This document shows positions 11,643 to 21,822 of a stretch of 64,000 nt of DNA, one piece after another (position 1 is the first letter of the stretch; the number at the start of each line of letters is the position of its first letter). Source of the stretch: Marsupella aquatica (lineage: Eukaryota; Plantae; Marchantiophyta); NCBI GenBank assembly GCA_973895155.1, contig OZ316892.1, forward strand, positions 231,746 to 295,745. The letters are read 5' to 3'. A model generated the notes under the pieces. That model was not told where the DNA came from, made no database searches, and worked only from the letters and a program-made list of their open reading frames with translations. The translations under genes and the position numbers were made by a program.

Positions 11643-14600
11643 CGGGGTCCACAACGCCATCGATCATCGGCAAGGAATTAAATACCAAGGGATCGGCATA
11701 CAAGCCGATTACGAGGGCAGAACAAATTGAGGCCCTATTAGAAGCCGAGAGAGCACAGCGGCCTAACTCTCAGGAGCAAGAGGTGGATGAGATGGACAGA
11801 CATGATCTAGAGCCAAGGCAGGAAGGGGAGCCGACCACTAATTCAAAACCGAATAGACCGGTAAGGGGACAATCTATGGACACCAAGGAAGGGACCGACT
11901 CGGCTAGTCCAGCCGAGATCCCAGTTTATGGAGGTATGAGATTAGAGAGACTGGAAGCCGAACTGGACCCGAATTTGAAGAAGCAGATTAATATGATCCA
12001 AGCACGGCAATATCGGAAGCTCGACTTAGGAGAGGGAAGAGAACTGAACTTAGGGAGAAACCTAGCACCTGAGCTCGAGAAAGAGATCAGTGACTTATTG
12101 ATTGAATTTCAGGATGTGTTTGCATGGAGTCACCAAGATCTAAAGGGAGTAGATCCAACACTAGGGGAACATCGAATTGATCTCATGTTAGGAGCCAAAT
12201 CATTTCGACAACCAATTCGAAGGATGAACCCGAAGTATTCCCTGCTGGTCAAAACAGAAATCGACAAACTAGTGGAAGCTGGATTCATCACTCCAGTCCT
12301 GCATTCAGACTGGGTGTCTCCAATTGTGATAGTTCCCAAGAAAGCTGGACCCGATGGTAAACCCAAGATCCGGGTTTGTCAGGATTACAGGAAGCTGAAT
12401 GAAGCAACATTAAAAGACCATTTTCCTTTACCGTTTACTGATATGGTACTAGACATGGTAGCCAGTCATGAACTATATTCATTCATGGATGGATACTCTG
12501 GTTATAACCAAATCAGGATTCGGCAGGAAGACCAAATCAAGACGGCCTTCATCACGGAATGGGGGATCTATGTCTTCAATCGTATGCCGTTTGGACTCTG
12601 CAACGCACCAGCTATGTTCCAACGATTAATGGTGAACATTTTTCATGATTACTTGAGAAAGTTCATGGAAATCTTCATTGATGACTTTGCAGTATTCGGG
12701 AAGGCATCGAAACATGCTAAATACCTCAGGAAAACCTTCATGAGATGTAGAGAGGTGGGTCTCAAGTTACACCCAGATAAATGTTTTTTTGCAGTAACCG
12801 AGGGGGTGCTACTAGGTCACAAGGTATCAAGGAAGGGCATTGAGATTGACAAAGGTAAGCTAGCAGTATGGCTAGATATCATGCAACCTAAGAACATAAA
12901 GGATGTAAGATCCTTCTTGGGATGCATTGGTTACTATCGCCGGTTCATCAAGGATTTTGCCAAGCTAGCTTTACCATTAACCAATATGCTCAAGGCAGGA
13001 GCAGACTTCGAACCCACACCCGAACGAGTCACAGCGGTGGTAGAATTGAAGCAGATGTTAGTAGAGGCCCCAGTCATGATAGCACCGGACTGGAACAAAG
13101 ATTTTCATGTTTTTGTAGATGTCTCGGGCTTCTGTATTGGCTCAGTACTAAGTCAGTTGGATGAGAAAGGAAGGGACCATCCCATATACTTCGCAAGCCG
13201 TCAGCTTGCCGATGCCAAACGGAACTACTCTACCACGGAAAGAGAAGCATTAGGAGTCATTTATTCTTGTAAAAAGTTTAGGCATTATTTACTAGGGTAC
13301 AAGGTAATCTTTCATACTGATCATGAAAGTTTGAAGTACCTAGTCAATAAGCCGGACCTTACAGGCAGAGTAGCAAGATGGATTTTGCTATTACAGGAGT
13401 TTGACTATGAGCTGAGGATCAAGCCAGGAAAGTTACATGCCAATGCCGACTTCTTTTCAAGGATCACAGGTAAACCTGCCACGGATTGCATCGATGATCG
13501 ATTCCCCGACGAGGAGCTATTCGTTGTGGAAATAGCTGGTACATGGTACCCTGAGATTTTACAATTTCTCAGCACTTCCAGATTACAGCCAGGATTAAGC
13601 CGAGAGCAAGCCGCAGTCTTTGTGCGGAAGGTCAGACAGTATCAGTGCATTAAAGGCATACTGCACAAGCATGGAATCAACGGCACGATTCAAAGGTGTT
13701 TGGAAAAGAGAGAGGTAAAACGAGTCCTACGGGCCATGCATGGAGAGGAGGCCGGAGGACATTTTGCCCCAGTAACCACATCTAAGAAGATATTAAATGC
13801 CGGTTACTGGTGGCCCACCTTGCACAAAGATGTCTATCAGTTTATCAAACAATGCGATCCTTGTCAACGAGCGGGAGGACCAAGGGCGTCCACCAGGCAT
13901 CCACTGCACCCTATTCTACCTCTGGCACCATTCGAGAAGTGGGGTATTGATTACATTGGACCTCTGAAACCACTGACCCACCCTCGACGGAACAAGTACA
14001 TAATCCTGGCTACGGATTATGCAACTAAATGGGTAGAGGCCAGACCAACAACGAAGGATGATGCAATTACTACGGCTAGATTCATGTATGAGCAGATCTT
14101 CACCAGGTATGGAGCACCCCTAGAATTAGTTAGTGATAGAGGAACCCATTTTTTGAATGATATAATTAGTCGTTTAAATGAGCAGTATTTAGTTAAACAT
14201 AGGCCTACTACTCCCTACCATCCAAAGGCAAACGGGTTGACAGAACGAGCAAACGGGATCATAGGAAAGATATTGAACAAGACAGTAGCTCAGAACAAAC
14301 TCGATTGGGATGATAAATTGTTTGCTGCTGTTTTTGCTTACAATCTGGCCTATAAATCCACTACCGGTCATACACCCTTCTTCTTAACCTTTGGACAAGA
14401 AGCCCTGGTACCCATGCAACTTGAGATACCGACATTTCAAGTTACAATTGAGGAAAGAGCCTCAGCGGAGGAGAGCCTAAAGGAGCGAGAATATAGGTTA
14501 GAAGCTTTAGAGGAAGCGAGAATGATTTCAGCCGAGAGAGTAGAATATAGACAGAATATCATGAAGCAGCAGTATGATAAAAGGTTAAAAGTAGTTAGTA

Positions 14601-14854
14601 TTCATACCGGTGATCTTGTGCTACTTTATGACAGTAGGTATAGTAGGTTTCCAGGAAAGCTTTACACTCGCTGGTTAGGACCCTTTAGAGTAACCATGAT
14701 GTTCCCCAATGGCTCCGTGCAATTGGCCAACATTACGGGAGAGGTATATCCAGTTCGCATCCATTATGACCGCCTCAAGAAATACTATATGGACGAAGAT
14801 GAAGTTGTTCGCGAGGACGCTTCACAATTAAGTGGGGAGCTATGTGATGCCTAG
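11588..14854 (+). CDS. pol: Pol: RT - RNase H - integrase (Gypsy order)
   Basis: RVCQDYRKLN, MPFGLCNAPA and FIDD (RT); RNYSTTEREAL and TDH (RNase H); HHCC, WGIDYIGP, SDRG, NGLTERAN and WLGPF (integrase with GPY/F motif). No chromodomain. Confidence 0.97.
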   Translation: MGSSSRDNGFSAGVVAELTGSTTPSIIGKELNTKGSAYKPITRAEQIEALLEAERAQRPNSQEQEVDEMDRHDLEPRQEGEPTTNSKPNRPVRGQSMDTKEGTDSASPAEIPVYGGMRLERLEAELDPNLKKQINMIQARQYRKLDLGEGRELNLGRNLAPELEKEISDLLIEFQDVFAWSHQDLKGVDPTLGEHRIDLMLGAKSFRQPIRRMNPKYSLLVKTEIDKLVEAGFITPVLHSDWVSPIVIVPKKAGPDGKPKIRVCQDYRKLNEATLKDHFPLPFTDMVLDMVASHELYSFMDGYSGYNQIRIRQEDQIKTAFITEWGIYVFNRMPFGLCNAPAMFQRLMVNIFHDYLRKFMEIFIDDFAVFGKASKHAKYLRKTFMRCREVGLKLHPDKCFFAVTEGVLLGHKVSRKGIEIDKGKLAVWLDIMQPKNIKDVRSFLGCIGYYRRFIKDFAKLALPLTNMLKAGADFEPTPERVTAVVELKQMLVEAPVMIAPDWNKDFHVFVDVSGFCIGSVLSQLDEKGRDHPIYFASRQLADAKRNYSTTEREALGVIYSCKKFRHYLLGYKVIFHTDHESLKYLVNKPDLTGRVARWILLLQEFDYELRIKPGKLHANADFFSRITGKPATDCIDDRFPDEELFVVEIAGTWYPEILQFLSTSRLQPGLSREQAAVFVRKVRQYQCIKGILHKHGINGTIQRCLEKREVKRVLRAMHGEEAGGHFAPVTTSKKILNAGYWWPTLHKDVYQFIKQCDPCQRAGGPRASTRHPLHPILPLAPFEKWGIDYIGPLKPLTHPRRNKYIILATDYATKWVEARPTTKDDAITTARFMYEQIFTRYGAPLELVSDRGTHFLNDIISRLNEQYLVKHRPTTPYHPKANGLTERANGIIGKILNKTVAQNKLDWDDKLFAAVFAYNLAYKSTTGHTPFFLTFGQEALVPMQLEIPTFQVTIEERASAEESLKEREYRLEALEEARMISAERVEYRQNIMKQQYDKRLKVVSIHTGDLVLLYDSRYSRFPGKLYTRWLGPFRVTMMFPNGSVQLANITGEVYPVRIHYDRLKKYYMDEDEVVREDASQLSGELCDA
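14830..14842 (+). promoter_or_regulatory. Polypurine tract
   Basis: AAGTGGGGAGCTA directly before the 3' LTR TGT; the equivalent AAGCAGGGAGCTA occurs in element C. Confidence 0.8.
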
Positions 14855-17800
14855 ACAGGAATCACTCGACCGGTTAAGTGGGTAAAGCAGGAAGGCACCC
14901 TAGGAACACCTTAGTATAGTGACAAAACAAGGAAAATATAAACAATTAGGGGCAACCATGGAACCCGGGCAGAGGCCGGAGGTAAGGCTGAGGGTGAAAA
15001 CCCGATTAGGGTTAGGGCGCGTTAAGCGTCGGCGGCTAGGAAGGATCAACGGGAAGAAGGACCGGCAGAGGAGAGGGGTAAGGAGCGCTTGAAGGAGATG
15101 GTGGCTCATTTGCGAGCACGAACTAGGCAGACGACTACGGGAGGCCAACTACTGTCAGCTGCTTAGGCAAGCACTCGGGGAGAGAGTAGATACCGACGAT
15201 CGACCTAAGGAGGGTATGAGCAACGTCAATCAAGCGGCACATTTCTGGGGATGCCTGTTCGAACGGGCAACTGAGTACATCAAGACTTACGAGGACGAGG
15301 AGTCAGAAAGGGCAGCTCGAGAACGGCAGGAGCTCGCTCGATTGTGGGAGCTGCAGAAGACGGCTTTCTTAGGAGGCGAACTCATCAAGGACGAGTTCCT
15401 GTGGACGCCTACTTCCAATCAACTCGACGATCTTCTGTTTTGCAAAGACAGCGTCGTCGGCATCTGAGAGGCCATCAAGAACTGCAACGACATACACTGG
15501 GAATTAAAGGGTAGCACGGAAAGGTGGACCCGGGCAACGGTGCTAGGAGAAACCTCCACGGCAGCAGAGATGAAGAGGAAGGGAGCCGTCAACGATGAAG
15601 CCACCCCGGCAAAAAGAACGAGGTCGGCGGCACCAAAGAAGCCAGCCGAGCAGCAGAGCAGGAGGCAGGGAGAAGCCGAAGAGGAGGAGGTCGATCCCAT
15701 CAAGGCCATTCCAACCAGGGATGACACCTGGAAGGGCTGGGCGGCAACCCTACCGGTGGAGGTGCAACTACATTTTGCACGGGAGGAGGATGCATGCTTT
15801 ACGGCCATGCAGACCAAGAAGTACCAAGGCTTCATGGCCGGATCCGGCTTGGAGGCCTTTGTAAGATTACCATGGCTGAAGCCGGAGGTACCGGAGTCAG
15901 ACCTATTAGAATTCGTGGGGTCATGGGAACCCGAGACCAATTGCACGAGGATATATGGGAAGGATTTCTATCTTACTCCCAAGGTAATTGCCGAAGTGTT
16001 TGGCTTGCCGATGGGCAATAAGACCAAAGTTGATACCAGGAAGACCTTGCCTGACAAGGAGTTCCGGTCGTTCCCCGGGCCACAACGAAGAATGGCTTCT
16101 TCCGGAACACCTGCACCAACCCGCACATAGGAGAGATGATCGACTTCTTGCGGGTGACCATGCATTGTAACTTGCCGAGGGCAGAGATCGGCAAGGCACA
16201 GGTCTATCTGGCAGAAAGGCCAGACCCAAGCCGGGACTACAACGGGTACCTCCTCAACCAATTGAAGAAGATCTTAAAGGAGGAGCAGCAGGTAATCGGC
16301 ATGGGGAGCGTGTCGCGGCTTGGCTATCACATGCCGCTGTTGTGCCGGTATGCCAGAGGTCAGACTTTTGCCCCGGTACTTCCCCTGTAGGTAAGGGAAC
16401 CCGAGGAAGCTCCAACACCGAGGCCGTTGGCTGAGAAGCCTCCACCACCTGTTAGTCCTACGATCGAGCAGGTGTTTAGGCCCAGGAAGGAAGACTTGCC
16501 GATGCAGCAACCAGGCATGCAAAGTCTGCTGAAACTACTGGAGAAAGAAAAGAAATCGGCATCGGCAACAACAACAACAACGGCAACGGCAACAATGCAG
16601 GACACTACTACAGAGGTAGGCCTACACCGGCTCACAAGAGAAAACCCCTTTGCTGGAGACAAGGAGAGAATCAGGCCGGAATCCAAGCCAGGTGTTCGAA
16701 TGTACGTGGGAACCTCAAGCTCCGAATCTGAGGCAGAATTGCCTGAAGCTCCTACCGACGAAGAGGAGAGGGAGAAGCCGGACGTCCAAGAAGTAGAGGA
16801 GGCAGTGGAGGACTGCAGCCATGATAATTCCGGCTATGGGTCGGACCATCACGTTCCAGGAGTAAGGACCTGTGGCCGGTTTGTCCCCACACTTCCAAGG
16901 GTAGTGCGAGGGGACCCCAACCAGCAGAGTAGCCCTGAGTCTCCCCCACCAGATGTTGCTCCCCCGAGCTTCGACGGCATAAAACAGACGGTGCAGGAAT
17001 TTCAGGAGCGAATCAAGCAGGAGGAAGAGGCCGCCCTGGCTAAGGAAAAGGATTTACCAGGAGGAGATTGGCCGGAGGACATCAGGCGGCTAGCCAAAAA
17101 AGGAAGCAAACCTCTAGCCACGATTGAAGAGATCCGCAGGACGGCGTGGGAGCAGAGGCCACGATGGGCGATGCCGATCACTTCTACTTACTCCACCTAC
17201 GCTAAGAATAGAGCCATGGAGTATGGTGAGATGTGTGGGGAACTTGCGCTCGGCATCTTTGGAGAGGAGTTGGAGGTAGGACCCTTTTTCCATAGGGAGC
17301 AGTTGGAGAAGCACCAATTAGAAGAAGCGGTGGCTTTAGAGAGAAGCAAGAAGGATGAGGTCATTTGGCGGCTTAGGAGGATGGGAGCCGAGATTGAAGA
17401 TCTAAGGGCGGCCAAGAAAGCCCAAGATGAACTGCGGATTAAACGACATGAGCTGAACATCATGCAGGGGCAGTTGGACGCCGCGCAGGCTGATAATCAG
17501 AATATCAAGGATAAACTGACTCAGACGCAGGAAGAGTTGGCCGACACGATCAAAGAGAGGGAGAAGTGGAAGCAAGAGCTGAAGAATACAGAGGAGGCCC
17601 ACATAACAGCCAACAGCCGGGCCATGGCGGAGACCCAAAGAAAGGAATGGGCGTTGAAAGGGGAGCTCGAGAAAATCCGCGGAGCCCTTGAGCAGAAGGA
17701 GGTCGAGTTAGGGAAATCCTATCAAGGGATTATGGCGCTGCAGCAGGAGCTTGCGTCCCTGACGGCCAGCTTCAAGGCCGACCTAAGGGAGAAGGACGAG

Positions 17801-19498
17801 ATGCTCGAACAGACTTACGCCAAGATGAACCAGATGGAGTCTGTCATCATTGCAGAGCTCGACAAGGAGCTAAGAGCAACCCAGGAGGAGAGGGCTACCT
17901 TGAAGAAGGAATTGGAGGAAGCCCACAGGGAGCAGGAGGAGGCCAAAAACGAGTTGGAGGGGGCACGTAAGGACCTGGATGAAACCCAAGAGGAGTTGGA
18001 GGAAATCACGAGGAAGATGGAGAACCTACAGCGGCGGGCCGACAACCAAACAGAGCGGCTGAAGAAACAAGCCGCAGTATTTAAATGCTTAGCTGCAGCA
18101 GGTCCATCTCCCGTTGGGACAAACCAGTTACCAGGGGTGGTAATTGCTGAAGGACAAGCCGCGTCAACTGCACCAGTGCCGGAAGTAAGTGGGAAGGGGA
18201 AGGGACCAGTTGCCGAGCCACCAACGAAGAAGAAGCGGAAACCTCCAGGGTCAAGGAGTAATACGACTTCACAGGCCGTGGTGATCAAGGAGGTAGACCC
18301 AGCACCGACCCCAGATAGGGTCACGGCTAAGGATCCAACTACCCTAGGGGAAGGGGAGGCCGAAGCCGAGGGAGTGGCTGAAGCCGAAGCCGTGGGAGTG
18401 GCTGAGGCCGAAGCCGTGGGTATTGCCGAGGCCGGTGTCGAGGCTGAAGCCGAAGGTGGACCCAGTCAGGCCGATGGAGAGTTGACTCGGTCAAGGGCAG
18501 GTAATCTGTCAGTAGGCGGGCCAACGGCAGTGGCTGAGGAGGAAGTGTTGGGGGCGTCCATTGAGGATCCACCACCGGTGTCGTGACGGTGCAAGGGCGT
18601 CGTTCCTTTTAGGGAAGGCGGACGTGGAGGGAGGAGGCGTGAGTGGGCAGGGCGGGCGTGGATCTCCACGTTTAGGATTAGGATCAGAACCAGGAGCGGC
18701 CCTGACACTTAGCTTAGTGGGATTGCGGTCCCACTGGTAGGAGCAACACTTGTGCTCCTGCCTTGCTGTACATAGGTAGATTCGGGCAAGTAGATTACTG
18801 TTAAGTAGATTAGGCTTACGATGCAAAGAATGGCGGATCCACTACCAGGATAAGTACCTGGGCAGCGGGGAGCTCAGGGCCTCTTCTTTAGCAAGTTTTT
18901 AGTTTGCACCAGCCGGGCTGGGATCAAGTAGTACGAGAAGCTCTCGGTTAGTCATACAGTGACCCTTGTGTATATTCATGTTTCCTCATGCCTAAGAGCT
19001 GAATAGAGTTGGCCTCACGGCTTAGTTCGCAGAACTTGTGTATGAGATGTACTGTTTGTATGGCAAGTGCATGGTATGACTCAGTCAGAATGAGTCATTT
19101 TGCTATTTGTGTGTCGCATTAACTTGTGTGAAGAGTGCCCACATCAACAGAAGGAAGGAAAGTAAGCAGGGGAGTGAGAGTTGGATGTGTCGAGCTGAGA
19201 GAGGTCTTAGCGGCTTAACCAAGCCTATTGGGGATCATTCCGGCGGCGGAATCCAAACATACCTAACAGGAAGACAGGGGAAGACAGGGGAAGGCCTATA
19301 TTAGGTCGGCTACGTATCTCATGACCCGATGAAGGATCTGTCCAGTATATGTGTGTAAAATGTTAATAGTAGTAGTAGAAGGTTAGCAGCGTCCCATGCC
19401 GCTAAGCCGCGGAAACGGCCTCGCCAAGCACGAAACCTGCGGGAATCGGCTTGAGCTGGGGGGTTTCTTGGGTTTAGGGAGCCATGGGACGCACCACA
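14843..19498 (+). repeat. 3' LTR (4656 bp)
   Basis: Direct repeat of 3965-8618, followed by TSD AACCC. Confidence 0.96.
14958..18586 (+). pseudogene. LTR-encoded accessory ORF in the 3' LTR, disrupted
   Basis: Stops near 15090, 15465 and 16388 and a 1-nt deletion near 16083. These lesions differ from those in the 5' LTR copy. Confidence 0.85.
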
Positions 19499-19503
19499 AA
19501 CCC

Positions 19504-20160
19504 GAGCCAAAGATTCTGAGCGTAATTGAAGCATGGTGTCGTCCAGCTTCTTGAGTTCGGCCTGCGCTCCGCTTAACTCCTGGGTTAGTCCGTCCCTCTG
19601 TTCGACAGTGCGGACTAAATCCTCGCGGCGGGTCGTTGCCTCCTCCTCGAGGTGCTCTACCAGCATCTTGAGACGCCCGATCTCATTCCCCTTCGCCATG
19701 AGTTCTTCTTCCAAGCGGCTGACGATCCGTGGTTGGTGCTCTAACATGAAGAAGGCTGGCTGAAAGTACGCCGAGACTTGTTGTCCGATGTATGTCGCCA
19801 ACTCCCCAGACATAGTCTGGCTAAACTTCTGGACCAGGTCGTAGGCCATGGTCCCCGGGGCTACTTGGTAGTCCTCCATCCTCTCGGGTACCGGTGGTTC
19901 CTCGGCAGGGGCAATGAGCTCCTCCGTAGTCAGCGCTGGGGAGGGGAAGGTTTCTTCAGGTGGTGGAGGGATTGGGGGTGGTTGTACTGCAGGTAGCGGA
20001 GGCTCAACGGAAGGAGGTGGTGGAATTTCCACAGGGGGCGGTTGCGGAGTATTAGTCGGGGCTTCCGGCTCGGGGTTTGTCCGAGGGACAGTAGTCCGCG
20101 TAGTCGGGGTTGCCTCCTCTGGGGCGGGGGTGACATTACCCGGGGCTGAGGTGGCCATAT
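19504..20160 (-). pseudogene. Middle fragment of the family B LTR ORF (Pro-rich plus coiled coil)
   Basis: MATSAPGN...RSESLAR. Removing 20161-33524 plus one ATAT joins ...REARGKN to MATSAPG in frame. Confidence 0.85.
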
Positions 20161-20210
20161 ATCAGCCTATTCATTAAAAGTGTATTTTCTTTTGTTCACA
20201 AATCAGTCCT

Positions 20211-20290
20211 GAAATGTACACTTTTATGTCCCCAAATGTACACTTTAAGAAGCCCAAATATACACTTTTTGATACCTAAATGTACACTTT
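20211..20290 (+). repeat. Left subterminal repeats AAATGTACACTTT
   Basis: Four copies spaced about 21-23 bp apart, just inside the left TIR. Confidence 0.85.
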
Positions 20291-20549
20291 ATAGGCCAAA
20301 TCTTATTAGTATTATATTAATATATTATCTTATATTAATTATAATAGTATTATATTACTTATTAGTTCACAAAGAACCATGGGATAGAGATCATACTTGT
20401 AAAAACATTTACGCACAAAGAAGCCTAAGCAAGGACCATTGATTGATAATGTGTGAAATAATTATATACAATTGTGTCCAAACTTACAATGAATATCCAG
20501 GGCTGGCACCCATTTTTACTATCTAATGGGCTTAACATGAGTCAGATCT

Positions 20550-21719
20550 CTAAACAAAGTGCTCCTTACAATATTTATTTGAGCACGTGCCCTTGTCTCC
20601 TTTACTATCTACCCTAATGTCACGGTTGCAACTCCCTTTATCTTCAGGGAGATGAAATTTGGTGGTGTTGTTCCTAACTGCTATAATCTCCCGCAAAAAG
20701 TGTCTGGGATTTTCTCTATACAGACCTGAATATTCCCGTCCTACAAATGATCTAGCAAGTGAGGTGACAAGTGCATCGTCAAGTTCCACCTCAGGACGTA
20801 AGCTACATATACGGTGCTTCACAGCCCAAGGAATCTCATTGCTATTGAGGTCCAACACACTATGCCTATACTGTGACTTCCAAATTTTTGCTGCACATCT
20901 CTTACTAAGTTGATCATAAGTAATCTCATTTTTTGCCTTGTCTCTCTTAATGTGCAATAGAGACCACTTTGGAGAGTTTAGGAGAAGATAACAACGAATG
21001 TCACTTGCATGTGACAGTTTCTCAAGACATGGCCAAAGAATTGTTAGAAGAAAATTGTCTCCACGATTGGCATGCGTGTAGGGCACTGGAAATAGTCCGG
21101 TCATGTCTGGGTTGGCAAATGCCTTTAAGGGGGAGTCATCCACAAGGAGTGTGTTGGTTTCATCATATAGATTTCCAAATGCACTCCATACCACCCGAAA
21201 ATCCTTCAATAGCACATTTGCCTTTCCATTTGTAATGTCACGCCTTTGAATGCCTGTGTCAAAGGCTTCCACCTGTGTGAATACAAACTTCAGTTTCAAC
21301 CGCTCCTCAACAGTGAACATCATGTTCAACATTTTCACTGTCCGCGGCATCCCAGCACATGTCCAAATTGCAACGTCAAACCGGTCAAAAACCAACTTTA
21401 GAAACTCATGGAACCCTGGCCTCTGTGTATACATGCGACTAGTTCCATTTGATCTATCCCAATGCACTCCATTTGGGGTCACAATGTTTCTGGATTTGCC
21501 CTTGCTTTGGAATTCAAGTGAATCCCAAAGTATTTTGTTAAGATCCAAAATCAGCAACTTCCGCTTGATGGGACAAGGTCTCGATTCTGCAAGTGCAACA
21601 AATACAACTCTTAGAAAGAAAACCAAATTTGAACTTTGGACTGAGATTGTCTCAGTCCAAAAATACAAGACAATGACTAACAACAAAGAAAACCTACATA
21701 CCATTTTTAGAAGCCCCAA
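20550..21719 (-). CDS. FCP1/NIF-type HAD phosphatase-like protein (DLN variant); real 5' end probably spliced
   Basis: KLLILDLNKIL, RPGFHEFLKLVFDRFDVAIWT, KDFRVVW and NTLLVDDSPLKA. Putative intron 21587-21701 (GTATGT...TTGCAG). Confidence 0.75.
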   Translation of the reverse strand: MGLLKMVCRFSLLLVIVLYFWTETISVQSSNLVFFLRVVFVALAESRPCPIKRKLLILDLNKILWDSLEFQSKGKSRNIVTPNGVHWDRSNGTSRMYTQRPGFHEFLKLVFDRFDVAIWTCAGMPRTVKMLNMMFTVEERLKLKFVFTQVEAFDTGIQRRDITNGKANVLLKDFRVVWSAFGNLYDETNTLLVDDSPLKAFANPDMTGLFPVPYTHANRGDNFLLTILWPCLEKLSHASDIRCYLLLNSPKWSLLHIKRDKAKNEITYDQLSKRCAAKIWKSQYRHSVLDLNSNEIPWAVKHRICSLRPEVELDDALVTSLARSFVGREYSGLYRENPRHFLREIIAVRNNTTKFHLPEDKGSCNRDIRVDSKGDKGTCSNKYCKEHFV

Positions 21720-21822
21720 AGAGCGTAGGTGGATATCGAGGCTCTAATTGCTGACCGCATTCTGTGAGACCGAGAAGTATTTTAGATTGGTATGAAAAAA
21801 TGGAAAGTCAGACGGTTTGATC

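Larger units (their letters stand above)
3965..19498 (+). mobile_element. Full-length Ty3/Gypsy LTR retrotransposon, family A (15.5 kb), recent insertion
   Basis: TG...CA LTRs at 3965-8618 and 14843-19498; 5-bp TSD AACCC at 3960-3964 and 19499-19503; PBS and PPT present; gag-PR-RT-RH-IN order. Confidence 0.97.

Noticed and set aside
19319-20158. ORFs 19319-20158, 3558-3911, 33431-33616 and 46494-46805 as real genes
   Set aside because: They are chimeric read-throughs across insertion junctions.
20155-20162. 6-bp ATATAT TSD with CAG...CTG termini (CACTA/Transib-like)
   Set aside because: Only the 4-bp ATAT solution restores the target reading frame (GKN-MAT).
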